NCBI GenBank assembly: GCA_965200315.1
Contig: OZ241362.1
Span: 96,001 to 160,000 of the forward strand
Source: Candidatus Latescibacterota bacterium
GTDB lineage: Bacteria > Latescibacterota > UBA2968 > UBA8231
Length of the DNA: 64,000 bases
Reading direction: 5' to 3'
Shown here: in pieces, positions 1-9,740 of the stretch
Numbering within the stretch: position 1 is the first letter of the stretch
Layout: each line of letters opens with the position of its first letter
Position numbers and translations under genes: made by a program
The notes under the pieces: model-generated
The model's input: only the letters and a program-made list of their open reading frames with translations
Database searches by the model: none
What the model was told of the DNA's origin: nothing

Positions 1-779
1 CTGGGGCGGTCGATGGTGAGCGCACCGGATGCGATGCGCAGGGCTTGGTTTTTCTGGTAGAGGTCCAAGCCCATGTGCCCGCCCGCGGAGAGCATACAGG
101 CCGAGGTGATGCTGGCCACCGCGCCACTTTGGAAGCGGAGATTGGTGACAGAAGCGTCGTGGACATCGTAGTTGGGGACGTCTTCCATCAGGCCGGTGCG
201 CGCCATGGCGTGGACGCTTTCCACCTCGCCGAGCAGGTAGCGGGCCAAATCGAAGATGTGCGTGGTTTGTTCGACGATCTGGCCGCCGCTTTCGGCTAGT
301 ACCCGCCACCAAGACACCCCGGGCATGCCGCCGGTCCAAGCGCCAAGGGCAAACCCCACCGGCTCGTCGCCGAGGTATTCGATTGCCTTGGCGGTCGTAT
401 CCATGTAGCGCCAGTGATAGCCTACGGCACTGGTCAGTTTTTGGGCACGGATGGCCGCTGCAACGGCGTGGGCTTGTTCGAGGGAAGTCGCCACGGGTTT
501 TTCGACGAAAATGGGCAAGCCGCGCTCAATGGCCGCCAGCTCAGGCTGGGCGTGAGCAAAAGGCGGCAGGCAGATATAGACCGCGTCGAGTGCTTCGCTG
601 TCGTACAGGGCTTCGTAGTGGCTATAAGCCCTGCCGCCGTACTCGCTGGCCGCGGCGAGCGCCTTTTCTTCGACTACGTCGCAAAAGGCCACCAGCTCGG
701 CCTCGTCGAGCTGGGCGAGGGTGCGCAGGTGATGGTTGGCGATACCGCCAGTGCCGACAAAGCCAATTTTTATCGTCAT
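1..779 (-). CDS. Gfo/Idh/MocA family oxidoreductase (3' end runs off the window)
   Basis: Manual translation from ATG at 779: MTIKIGFVGTGGIA...DAVYICLPPFAH...IFVEKPVA...GGQIVEQTTHIFDL. Shows a Rossmann GxGxxA motif and the EKP motif. Absent from the ORF track because it has no stop codon in the window. Confidence 0.9.
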   Translation of the reverse strand, partial: MTIKIGFVGTGGIANHHLRTLAQLDEAELVAFCDVVEEKALAAASEYGGRAYSHYEALYDSEALDAVYICLPPFAHAQPELAAIERGLPIFVEKPVATSLEQAHAVAAAIRAQKLTSAVGYHWRYMDTTAKAIEYLGDEPVGFALGAWTGGMPGVSWWRVLAESGGQIVEQTTHIFDLARYLLGEVESVHAMARTGLMEDVPNYDVHDASVTNLRFQSGAVASITSACMLSAGGHMGLDLYQKNQALRIASGALTIDRP

Positions 780-834
780 GGAAAATTTGGTTCGTGGTTA
801 GAGGTTTGTTCTTAGAATAATAGACGATACGAAA

Positions 835-1575
835 ATGAATACAACTCAAAAAGGCCAGCTCAGCGACTACAAGGTCCACTACAAGGCCGATGCTGAGGCG
901 ATTGTCGATCCTCAAGCATTGGACCCGCAGCGTCGAGCCTCGGAAGAGCGGCGGCTGGAGACACTCGTGCGCCTCCTCGACTTGCACAGTGGCGAACGCG
1001 TCCTCGACGTCGGGTGTGGATCGGGTTGGCTAGGGGCGCACTGCCATCGTCGGGGGGCCCTAGTCTGCGCTGTGGACATCGGCTGGGTCGGGGTGGCCGG
1101 TGCCAAGGCCCGCTTTGCGGAAGCAGCCTATCAGGTCAGCGATTTGTACTATCTTCCCTTTGCGGCCGAGTGTTTCGACTCGGTAGTGCTTTCCGAAGTA
1201 GTCGAACATCTCGAAGACATTGACGCGGCCCTAGCCGAAGCGCGGCGGGTGTTGCGCCCGAGGGGGCGGCTGGTGGTGAGTGTGCCGTACCGCGAGACCA
1301 TTGTCGAGCACCTGTGTATCCACTGCAATAGACTAACGCCAGCCAACGCGCATCTCCACCGCTTTGATGAGGAGACGCTCGCCGCCTATCTCCAAGGCCA
1401 AGGCTTTGAAATACGCGCGGTGCGGTTGACGACCAACAAACTGCTGGAGTTGGCGGGATTTCCCCGCTTGAGTGCTGGCTGGCCTTATGCAGCTTGGCGC
1501 TTGGCCGACGCGCTCTTAAACAAAATTGTGCCCAAACCGGCCTTCCTTTGCATGTTGGGTATCCGTGACGCCTGA
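835..1575 (+). CDS. Class I SAM-dependent methyltransferase
   Basis: Motif I VLDVGCGSG, plus LPF..ECFDSVV and RVLRPRGRLVV. Confidence 0.88.
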   Translation: MNTTQKGQLSDYKVHYKADAEAIVDPQALDPQRRASEERRLETLVRLLDLHSGERVLDVGCGSGWLGAHCHRRGALVCAVDIGWVGVAGAKARFAEAAYQVSDLYYLPFAAECFDSVVLSEVVEHLEDIDAALAEARRVLRPRGRLVVSVPYRETIVEHLCIHCNRLTPANAHLHRFDEETLAAYLQGQGFEIRAVRLTTNKLLELAGFPRLSAGWPYAAWRLADALLNKIVPKPAFLCMLGIRDA

Positions 1576-1751
1576 GCCGTGGGGAGGGCGAGGAGCCGTC
1601 GCCATTGTGTTCTGACGGCATAGCAAGTCATTCCAGCCGCGTGGCCAGCCATTGCCGGCGATCTGTGCCATAGACGCATCTTGGCTGGGGCCGACAGGGT
1701 TTTATAAAAAATTCAATTATAGGCGGCGCGGTCGCTGTCAAGCTGAGTCCT

Positions 1752-3257
1752 ATGGCTGGACCGAATCGACAGGATAGAGGGGGCCGACTTACGCGCAAGA
1801 TCGGCGTTGTGGCCGCAGGGCGTGCGGCCACAACCGCCAGCATCCTAGCCGTCTATGCGCTGGTCGCCCGCGCTTGGACGCCGGAAGAATGCGGGCTTTT
1901 TGGCGCGGTCTGGCTTGTAGGCAATGCGCTGATCCCGGTGTTTTTGTTTGGGCTGCCTACGAGCTTACTCTACTTCTTTCCCCGGCGGGGCGAGCCGCGC
2001 TTGCTCGTCGGCCAAGTGATGCTGTGCTTGGCTGCGTTGGGTTTGGCACTGGCCGGGAGCCTGTGGTTGTGGGGGGGGCAGTTAGCCGATGTATTGGTGC
2101 AAGCAGCCAGCGATGGCGAGCAGGTTGCCGCGTACCTGCTGTTGTTCTTGCCCTATCTTTTTGCGGCGGTCGCCGCCGGTGGGGCCGAAGCGGCCTTGGT
2201 GGCTGCCGACCGCGAGCACCATTTGGCTTGGCTGCAACTGGCTATGAGTGGCGCATTAGTTGGGGGTGCAGGGGGTGCTCTGGGGCTAGATTGGACGACC
2301 GCGCAGGTGCTTGTGCTGTTTTCTGGGTTGGGCGTGTTGCGCTTGCTCGCCATCTGCTGGCTAGTGCGCTTGGCATTGGCGGATGGGCGATGGTGGGGGA
2401 GGGAAGGGTTCGGTGAGCTGATGCGCTATGCGCGCCCGGTTGGCTTCAACGACGCGATAAACAGCCTCTCGCGCTACGTCGATCGCTTTGTGATCCTACA
2501 CTTTTTCGCGGCCGGCACTTTTGCCGAATACCACTTCGGGGCCATTGAGGTGCCGATTAGTCTGCTGCTGTCGGCGGTGACATCCGTGTTGATCCCAGAG
2601 ATCAGTCGGCTCTTTCAGGCGGACCGGCTCGATGAGATACTGGCGCTGTGGCAGCGTGCGGTTTCGCGTTTGGCCGTGTTGGTGTTGCCGCTGGCGGCCT
2701 TCCTGCTCGCTTTCGCCGGACCGCTGATTGGCTGGCTCTTTCCAGAATACGACCGCTCGGCTTGGGTCTTCCGCATCTATCTATTGGTGCTGCCGCTGCG
2801 CTGTGCCGCGTACAATCCGCTGCTGGTGGGCATGGGCAAGGCCCGCTGGGCGCTGTGGAGTAGCGTGGGGGACTTGTGCTGCAATATCGGCTTGAGCTTG
2901 GCGCTGATTAGCTACTTGCAGGTGGCGCACCCTGAGTGGGCTTTCCTCGGCCCGGCTGTGGCCACCACAGTGGCGACGTACTTGCAGGTGGCTTTCTTGT
3001 TGGCGGCTATTGGCTGGCACTTGCGCTGTGGCTTGCACCAACTCCTGCCGTGGGGCCGCTTACTGCGGATCGGCGTCGGTGTCGGAGCAGCCGCTGTGGT
3101 TTGCCGTTGGGTTAGCGCGGACGTGGGAGGCGACTTTTTGCAGGTATTTGTAGGGGGGATGTGCTTTGTGGTGCTGGTGGCCGGCTTGACTTGGGCCCAC
3201 CCGCAAGACCGGGCGGAACTGGCTCACACTTGGCGGGCGTTGACGCGGATGCGTTAG
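1752..3257 (+). CDS. Wzx/MOP-family oligosaccharide flippase
   Basis: 501 aa with about 12-14 hydrophobic segments. The DRFVI...AEY..G and VLIPEISR motifs are typical of polysaccharide exporters. Confidence 0.75.
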   Translation: MAGPNRQDRGGRLTRKIGVVAAGRAATTASILAVYALVARAWTPEECGLFGAVWLVGNALIPVFLFGLPTSLLYFFPRRGEPRLLVGQVMLCLAALGLALAGSLWLWGGQLADVLVQAASDGEQVAAYLLLFLPYLFAAVAAGGAEAALVAADREHHLAWLQLAMSGALVGGAGGALGLDWTTAQVLVLFSGLGVLRLLAICWLVRLALADGRWWGREGFGELMRYARPVGFNDAINSLSRYVDRFVILHFFAAGTFAEYHFGAIEVPISLLLSAVTSVLIPEISRLFQADRLDEILALWQRAVSRLAVLVLPLAAFLLAFAGPLIGWLFPEYDRSAWVFRIYLLVLPLRCAAYNPLLVGMGKARWALWSSVGDLCCNIGLSLALISYLQVAHPEWAFLGPAVATTVATYLQVAFLLAAIGWHLRCGLHQLLPWGRLLRIGVGVGAAAVVCRWVSADVGGDFLQVFVGGMCFVVLVAGLTWAHPQDRAELAHTWRALTRMR

Positions 3258-3541
3258 TCGCTGAGGAGGGCCTTGGCGATTTCCTCCCACTCTTCGGGTA
3301 GCGACGCCTCGCTATGGGGCTTTTGCGCCCGCCGGTACCAATAGCCGGCGTTGCTTTCGTCGCCTTCGACCCGGTGTAAATAAGCGTGGACCCAAGCCCC
3401 AATGGGGTCGGGCGTTTGCTGGGCTAGCTCGTGGGCTTTGTCCCACTGGTCCTTGGCTTCGTACCAGAGGGCTTGCAGGGCTTGGGAGGTCTCCGGCGGG
3501 GTTTGTTCTTGCAGGCTCAATTTGAAGGCTTTGAGGTCCAT
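3254..3541 (-). CDS. Conserved small helical hypothetical protein
   Basis: 95 aa with the recognisable WDKAHELAQ...WVHAYLHRVEGD..NAGYWY pattern. GAGGGGAG RBS upstream. Confidence 0.75.
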   Translation of the reverse strand: MDLKAFKLSLQEQTPPETSQALQALWYEAKDQWDKAHELAQQTPDPIGAWVHAYLHRVEGDESNAGYWYRRAQKPHSEASLPEEWEEIAKALLSD

Positions 3542-3693
3542 GATGGTCGGCTCCCCTCGTCGTTCGTGTGTGCCCTTAATATAGGCTATCTCAGTGCGCG
3601 CTATCCACTAGGGTGCCCACCTTGCCAAAAAAGTGCGTCGCCCTCTATATTTGGAGGCTTTAACTTGATGCGAAACAAGGAATTGGGCAAAAC

Positions 3694-4986
3694 ATGTCAG
3701 TAGGAATGGGATTGATTGGTTTGGGCACGGTCGGCAGCGGTGTGGTTGAGCTGTTGCAGGATGCGCCCGCGTCGCTGCGGCGGCGCAAGCACGTAGATTT
3801 TGCGTTGCGGCGCGTGGCCGTGCGCGACTTGGACAAGCCGCGCAACCCCGCCATCGCACCGGAATTGTTGACGGCGGACGCCAGCGAGGTCGTAGCCGAC
3901 CCGGAGGTGCAACTAGTGGTGGAACTAACCGGTGCGCCCCCGGCCTTTGAGTGGGTGAGCGAGGCCCTGCGGCAGGGCAAGGATGTGGTGACGGCCAACA
4001 AGGCCCTGCTCGCCGAGCGGGGCGAGGAGCTTTTTGAACTGGCGCTAGCCAATGGAGCGGATTTGATGTTTGAAGCGAGTGTCGCGGCCGGCATCCCCAT
4101 CATCCGCTCGTTGCGCAACGGCTTGGTGGCCAATCGCGTCGAGTCCCTGTACGGCATCCTCAACGGCACCACCAACTACATGCTCACGCGCATGAGTCGC
4201 GGCGCGGGCGACTACGCCGCCGTCCTCAAAGAAGCCCAAGACCAAGGCTACGCCGAGCCAGACCCGACCATGGACGTGAGTGGCATGGACGCCGCGCAAA
4301 AGTTGGCCATCCTCTGCCGCATCGCCTTTCACTGCACGGGCACGGGCCGCGACGTATTTTGCGAGGGCATTGAGCAGATCGAGAGCTGGGACATTGAATA
4401 CGCCCGCGAGTTGGGGTATGCGATCAAGTTGCTGGCTATTGCCAAGCAACAGGACGGGCGCGTCGAGGCCCGGGTGCATCCGGCCATGGTGCCCGAGGAC
4501 GCGCTGTTGGCCAACATCCACGACGAATTCAACGCCATTCAGGTGCAGGGGTCTGCGGTGGGGCCGCAAGTGTTTTCCGGTCGCGGCGCTGGGCGACTGC
4601 CCACGGCGAGCGCGGTGGTGGCGGATATGGTCGAGCTAGTCGAGCGCAAGGCCGCCGGCGCTAGCACTTCCATCGGCGACATGATCTTAGGCGAGGACGC
4701 GGTCTCAGTCGTGCCTATTGAGGCCGTGCAGATGCGCTACTTCATGCGCGTCTTAGTCCGCGATCAGCCCGGAGTGCTCGCGGGGATCGCGCGCATCTTG
4801 GCCGAGGAGCGCATCAGCATTGCCTCAGTCATCCAAAAGGAGCGCGACTTCGAGGGTGGATCGGTGCCGCTGGTGATCGTCACCCACGAGGCGCGCGAAG
4901 CCGCAATGCAGCGAGCGCAGCAGGCCGTGGCCACACTCGATGCCGTGCAAGGGGCGGTCAAGCTCATCCGCATGGAGGATCTCTAG
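3694..4986 (+). CDS. hom: Homoserine dehydrogenase with C-terminal ACT domain
   Basis: GLGTVGSG, VVTANKALLA, FEASVAAGIP, GILNGTTNY, GYAEPDPT and the ACT motif DQPGVLA. Confidence 0.96.
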   Translation: MSVGMGLIGLGTVGSGVVELLQDAPASLRRRKHVDFALRRVAVRDLDKPRNPAIAPELLTADASEVVADPEVQLVVELTGAPPAFEWVSEALRQGKDVVTANKALLAERGEELFELALANGADLMFEASVAAGIPIIRSLRNGLVANRVESLYGILNGTTNYMLTRMSRGAGDYAAVLKEAQDQGYAEPDPTMDVSGMDAAQKLAILCRIAFHCTGTGRDVFCEGIEQIESWDIEYARELGYAIKLLAIAKQQDGRVEARVHPAMVPEDALLANIHDEFNAIQVQGSAVGPQVFSGRGAGRLPTASAVVADMVELVERKAAGASTSIGDMILGEDAVSVVPIEAVQMRYFMRVLVRDQPGVLAGIARILAEERISIASVIQKERDFEGGSVPLVIVTHEAREAAMQRAQQAVATLDAVQGAVKLIRMEDL

Positions 4987-4987
4987 C

Positions 4988-6178
4988 GTGCGCTACGTCG
5001 TGTTAGTGCCCGATGGAGCGGCCGACTATCCACTCGACGAACTGGGCGGGCAGACGCCGTTGGAGGCGGCCGCTACGCCCTGCATGGATCGCTTGGCCCG
5101 CGAGGGGGCCGGGGGATTGGTGCAGATGATTCCCGCCGCGCGGCATCCGGGCAGCGACATCGGCAACCTCGAAATTTTCGGCTACGACAGCCGGGTTCAC
5201 TACACGGGCCGTGCGCCGTTGGAAGCCGCGAGTATGGGCGTCGAGTTGGGCGACGACGAGGTGGCCTTCCGCCTGAACCTGATCTACGCAGAGGGCGACG
5301 TGCTGGTCGATTACAGCGCCGGCCACATCGCTAGCGCAGAAGCCGCCGAGTTGGTAGAGGCCTTGGCCGCCGAACTAGGGGGATCATCTTTGCGCTTCTA
5401 TCCCGGGGTGGGCTATCGCCACTTGCTGGTGTGGGAGCGCGGCCCGGAAGAAGTGACAACCTACCCGCCGCACGACATCATGGGCGAATCCATGGCCGCG
5501 CATGAGCCTACGGGTGAAGGGGCTGAGAAAATCCGCGCCCTCATGGACGCGGCCGGCCCCATTCTCTCAGCCGCGCCAGTCAATGCAGCCCGCTCGGCTC
5601 GCCGGGAGCGGCCGGCCAACGCGATATGGCTTTGGGGCTCCGGGCGGGCGCTGCGGTTGACGCCCTTGTCGGAGCGCTACCGATTGCAAGGCGGCGTCAT
5701 CTCGGCCGTTGACTTGGTGCGCGGAATCGGCAAGAGCGCGGGCTTGGAGGTCATAGACGTGCCCGGTATTACCGGGTATCTCGACACTAACTACGAGGGC
5801 AAGGCCGAATACGCGCTGGCGGCCTTGCAACGCGCCGATTTTGTCTATGTCCACGTCGAGGCCCCGGACGAAGCCGGGCACAACGGCGATCCGCAGGCCA
5901 AGGTGCAGGCCATTGAGGATTTCGACGCCCGCGTCGTCGGCCCGATTTTGGCGGGGCTAGCGTCAATGGGGCCGCATCGGGTGCTACTCACTCCCGACCA
6001 CCGCACACCCATTGTGCGGCGCACCCACAGCCGCGAGCCAGTGCCCTTCGTGCTATGGGGGACGGGGATTGAGGCTGACTCGATGCAAGCTTATGGAGAG
6101 CGGGCGGCCGAGTGGGGCAGTATGCAGGTAGAGCATGGACATGTATTGATGGATTATCTCACGGAGAGGCGCAGGTGA
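4988..6178 (+). CDS. apgM: Cofactor-independent phosphoglycerate mutase family protein (ApgM-like; proposed homoserine kinase subfamily)
   Basis: GTG start 1 nt after the hom stop. Motifs DGAAD.P, TPLEAA, PGSD, HVEAPDEAGH, PDH.TP and THSREPVP. Confidence 0.88.
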   Translation: MRYVVLVPDGAADYPLDELGGQTPLEAAATPCMDRLAREGAGGLVQMIPAARHPGSDIGNLEIFGYDSRVHYTGRAPLEAASMGVELGDDEVAFRLNLIYAEGDVLVDYSAGHIASAEAAELVEALAAELGGSSLRFYPGVGYRHLLVWERGPEEVTTYPPHDIMGESMAAHEPTGEGAEKIRALMDAAGPILSAAPVNAARSARRERPANAIWLWGSGRALRLTPLSERYRLQGGVISAVDLVRGIGKSAGLEVIDVPGITGYLDTNYEGKAEYALAALQRADFVYVHVEAPDEAGHNGDPQAKVQAIEDFDARVVGPILAGLASMGPHRVLLTPDHRTPIVRRTHSREPVPFVLWGTGIEADSMQAYGERAAEWGSMQVEHGHVLMDYLTERRR

Positions 6179-7197
6179 CCGATACGTACAACGTAGCTAT
6201 TATGGGCGCGACTGGTGCCGTAGGACAGGTGCTGTTAGAAATACTCGCCGAGCGCGACTTTCCCATCGGCGAGTTGCGGCTGTTGGCCTCGGCCCGCTCG
6301 GCTGGGCGCGTCGTTTCCTTTGGTGGCCGCTCGATTCAGGTGCAGGAGCTGGGCGAGGATTCCTTTGCCGGCGTGGATATCGTCTTGGCCTCGGCTGGAG
6401 GCAGTTTGAGCAAGCGGTTTAACCCGCATGCGGTGGCTGCGGGCGCGGTGGTCGTTGATAACACGTCGGCCTATCGCATGGCCCCGGACGTGCCGCTGGT
6501 GGTGCCCGAAATTAATCCCGAGGACTTGGCGGCGCATCGCGGCATCATCGCCAATCCAAACTGTTCGACGATCATCATGGATGTGGCGGTCTGGCCGCTC
6601 TATCAGCGGCAGCGGGTCAAGCGCATTGTGGTCTCGACCTATCAGGCCGTCAGTGGCGCAGGGGCGCGAGCCATGCAGGAGTTGGAGACGCAGACGCGAC
6701 AAGTACTCGCCGGGGAAGAGGCTGAGCCGGCTGAATTCCCGCATCCGATCGCCTTTAATTTGTTTTCGCACGATTCGCCTGTCGGGCCGGAGGGGTATTG
6801 CGAAGAAGAGCTGAAAATGGTGCGCGAGACCCGCAAGATGTTCCACGACGACGCGCTACAGATCTCGGCCACGACCATTCGCGTACCCGTGTTGCGGGCG
6901 CATTCCGAGGCGATCAACGTGGAGTTTGCCGAACCCTTTCCTGCGGCTGAGGCCGAGGCTATCTTGGCGCAGGCTGCGGGCGTGCGGATCGTGCATGATC
7001 CTGCGCAGAATTATTTCCCCATGCCGATTGAAGCCTCCGGTTGCGACGAGGTGCTGGTCGGGCGCATTCGCCAGGATATTTCGCGGCCCGACGGCACCGG
7101 GCTAGACTTGTGGGTCAGCGGCGATCAGTTGCGCAAGGGCGCGGCCTTAAACGCCGTGCAAATCGCCGAGGAGCTCATCGTACGCAAGTTGCTGTAG
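6175..7197 (+). CDS. asd: Aspartate-semialdehyde dehydrogenase
   Basis: GATGAVG, IIANPNCST, STYQAVSGAG, RVPVLRAHSE and DQLRKGAALNAVQIAE. The start overlaps the apgM stop (GTGA). Confidence 0.97.
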   Translation: MTDTYNVAIMGATGAVGQVLLEILAERDFPIGELRLLASARSAGRVVSFGGRSIQVQELGEDSFAGVDIVLASAGGSLSKRFNPHAVAAGAVVVDNTSAYRMAPDVPLVVPEINPEDLAAHRGIIANPNCSTIIMDVAVWPLYQRQRVKRIVVSTYQAVSGAGARAMQELETQTRQVLAGEEAEPAEFPHPIAFNLFSHDSPVGPEGYCEEELKMVRETRKMFHDDALQISATTIRVPVLRAHSEAINVEFAEPFPAAEAEAILAQAAGVRIVHDPAQNYFPMPIEASGCDEVLVGRIRQDISRPDGTGLDLWVSGDQLRKGAALNAVQIAEELIVRKLL

Positions 7198-7289
7198 GAC
7201 GTGAAAGATTGGCAATTGCATACCGTCCGCCTATCGCACAGCCCTGTATACAAGCGGCTTTTGCTTGGGTGAAAGGAGCGGATTGAAAC

Positions 7290-8099
7290 ATGGATGTCTT
7301 GAGCAGGGAAGAACTGGATTTCTTTGCCGAACAGGGGTACGTCGTTGCGCGGCAGGTAATTGATCGCGATCAAGCTGAGCGCACCGGGCGGGCGGTGTGG
7401 GCGTTTGCGGGCATGGACCCGGACGATCCTAAAACTTGGTATCCAGAAGATCGGCGCGGCATCATGGTCGAGATTTATCACCACCAGACCATGTGGGACA
7501 ACCGCACGGCCCCGCGAGTCCACCGGGCCTTTAGCCAGATTTGGGGCACGGACAAGCTATGGGTCAGCCACGACCGGGCCAGCATCAGTCCGCCGGTTTT
7601 AGACCCAGATGCGCCCGAGCACAATCTGCATTGGGACGCGACCTTGGATAAGCGTCCTTTGCCTTTTGGCGTGCAGGGTGTGCTCTATCTGAACGACACG
7701 CCGGCCGATCAGGGGGCCTTTATTTGTGTGCCGGGGTTCCACCAGCGTTTAGAGGCATGGCTCGACGAGTTGCCGGAGGGGGCCAACCCCCGCGAGCAAG
7801 ACCTGCTGGCCTTGGGATCGCGGCGCATTGGTGCCGAAGCGGGCGACTTGGTCATCTGGCGCACGGCCCTGCCACACACGGCAAGCGTCAATCGCGGCGA
7901 CAGCCCTCGCGTGGCTCAGTACATCACCATGAGTCCGGCCGGCGACGGCGAAGAAGCGCGGCGGTTGCGCACGGACTTTTGGCAGCGGCGGCTGTCCGGG
8001 CTGGGGCGCTATGCCGAGGAACGCGAGCACTACGAGGAGAAGACGGCTGAGTTGACGAGTGTGGGGCGGAAGTTGGCTGGGGTGGATCTTTGGGGGTGA
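7290..8099 (+). CDS. Phytanoyl-CoA dioxygenase (PhyH) family Fe(II)/2OG dioxygenase
   Basis: FFAEQGYVV, HxD motif (LHWD), GAFICVPGFH, and AGDLVIW...LPH. Confidence 0.88.
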   Translation: MDVLSREELDFFAEQGYVVARQVIDRDQAERTGRAVWAFAGMDPDDPKTWYPEDRRGIMVEIYHHQTMWDNRTAPRVHRAFSQIWGTDKLWVSHDRASISPPVLDPDAPEHNLHWDATLDKRPLPFGVQGVLYLNDTPADQGAFICVPGFHQRLEAWLDELPEGANPREQDLLALGSRRIGAEAGDLVIWRTALPHTASVNRGDSPRVAQYITMSPAGDGEEARRLRTDFWQRRLSGLGRYAEEREHYEEKTAELTSVGRKLAGVDLWG

Positions 8100-8434
8100 G
8101 CGAGGAAAAAGCGCAACTACGACTTGCCGCGGCTTTTTAGCATCAAGGTCATGGCCACTAGGGCCGCAATTAAGCCTTTAGCGATGGCACATAGGTCAAA
8201 AAGAACGATACTCCGATGGCAAGAACGATGATCCATGTTGCTAGACGTAGGCGATGAATAGGTTGGGGCAGGTTGCGCCTGAAGAGGGAAGGAATGCCGT
8301 CAAAAGCTAGGTCTAAGAGAAGGTACATGAGCGTCTCTTAGTGTTCTAGCTGGCGTGTGTGTCTGCTGTGCGTTCTTGCAAGAAGCGGGCCGGGCGATCG
8401 TCGTACCCAACAAAACAGCGATTCAACTATTCCT

Positions 8435-9565
8435 CTAAACGCAGATATGCTCGATGAAGCGAGCGTAGAGATCGACGCTGGTGCGCAATTGGTCGGTTTT
8501 GATCCATTCGTTGGCCGTGTGGGCTTGGGCAATGTCGCCCGGGCCGAGGACGATCATTTGTTTCATCTTCTCGACGAAAGCCATGCCATCGGTGCCGTAG
8601 GCCACTGTGGTGGGTTTGCGGTGACCCGTTAGTTTGAGCGCCGTGCGGACCAGTGGAGCGTCCACTGCTGTGTAGAGCGGCTCACCGCGATGCTTGAGCG
8701 CGAAATCGAGGCCGTGCTTTTGTGCGCTTTTGCGGGTTTGGTCGATCAAATCGTCGACGTCGATGCTAGGCATAGGGCGGTAGTTGAGGGTGCAGATGCT
8801 TTGGGCGGGGGAAATGTTGGTGGCGCGGTTGTGGTCGTTGATGCCGATGCACCACTCGGAATGCGGCGGCGCGAATTCCTCGTTGCGATAGCGGTGTGCG
8901 CTGAGCACTCGGTCGTTGAATCGCTTCATCTCTGCGAGAAAGGGAATCATCTTGAGGTTCGCGTTGATGCCCTTCAAGGTGCTGGTGTGCGCGGGGCGTC
9001 CCTTGGCGGTGACTTGGATGGCGAGCGAGCCTTTGTGGGCGTGGACCACGCGGAGGCTGGTGGGCTCGCAGATGATGCCGCAGCCGGTGCTGGCCTCGGC
9101 AAAGAGCTTGGAATGGGCCGTAACCTTTTGCGCACCGACGCCGTGTACCTCTTCGTCGGCTGTGACGACTATGTAGAGCGGGGCGGTTAAATCGGCGGCC
9201 TTGAAGCGGGCAGCCGCGCAGATCGAAGCGGCAAGGGGGCCTTTCATGTCGCAGGAACCGCGGCCGTAGAGCTTGCCGTTGGCCTCGTAGGGGTCGTAGG
9301 GATCGCGGTGCCAACCGTCGGCGGGATTGGCGGGGACGACGTCGTCGTGGCTCATCAGGGCCAGCCCGCCGTCGCCGCTGCCCAACTTGCCGACGATGGA
9401 GAGCTTGTCCACGCCGGCTGCATCTGTGTAGGGCACCTCTTCTATTTGGAAACCAAGCTGGCCTAAGACCCCGGCTATGTGCTGGGTGACTTCGACGTTG
9501 CTGGTTTGGCTTTCCGAGGGGTAGGCAACCAATGCCTTGGCTAGGTTGACGACGTCGAGTTTCAT
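8435..9565 (-). CDS. M20 family metallo-hydrolase (ArgE/DapE-like)
   Basis: SHDDVVP, LYGRGSCDMKG, ADEE, ICEPT and GPGDIAQAHTANE. Confidence 0.92.
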   Translation of the reverse strand: MKLDVVNLAKALVAYPSESQTSNVEVTQHIAGVLGQLGFQIEEVPYTDAAGVDKLSIVGKLGSGDGGLALMSHDDVVPANPADGWHRDPYDPYEANGKLYGRGSCDMKGPLAASICAAARFKAADLTAPLYIVVTADEEVHGVGAQKVTAHSKLFAEASTGCGIICEPTSLRVVHAHKGSLAIQVTAKGRPAHTSTLKGINANLKMIPFLAEMKRFNDRVLSAHRYRNEEFAPPHSEWCIGINDHNRATNISPAQSICTLNYRPMPSIDVDDLIDQTRKSAQKHGLDFALKHRGEPLYTAVDAPLVRTALKLTGHRKPTTVAYGTDGMAFVEKMKQMIVLGPGDIAQAHTANEWIKTDQLRTSVDLYARFIEHICV

Positions 9566-9678
9566 GGCAGATCTGCTTTCGCCGAGGAGTGATTAGCTCA
9601 AGGTACAAATTTGGTAGTTTGCTATCAAGGGCGTTGACAGCCCAGCCAAAAGGCGGTATGAATAGGCCAGCGAGAAGC

Positions 9679-9716
9679 AACAAAGCGGCCCGCCTCCAAC
9701 GAGAGGAAGCGAGCCG
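9679..9716 (-). terminator. Probable intrinsic terminator downstream of the DUF5069-like gene
   Basis: Minus strand reads CGGCTCGCTTC-loop-GAGGCGGGCCG followed by CTTTGTT. Confidence 0.4.
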
Positions 9717-9740
9717 ATAGACGAGTGGGACGACGGCCTG

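Noticed and set aside
45-820. Plus-strand ORFs at the window start
   Set aside because: Antisense shadows of the minus-strand Gfo/Idh/MocA gene.
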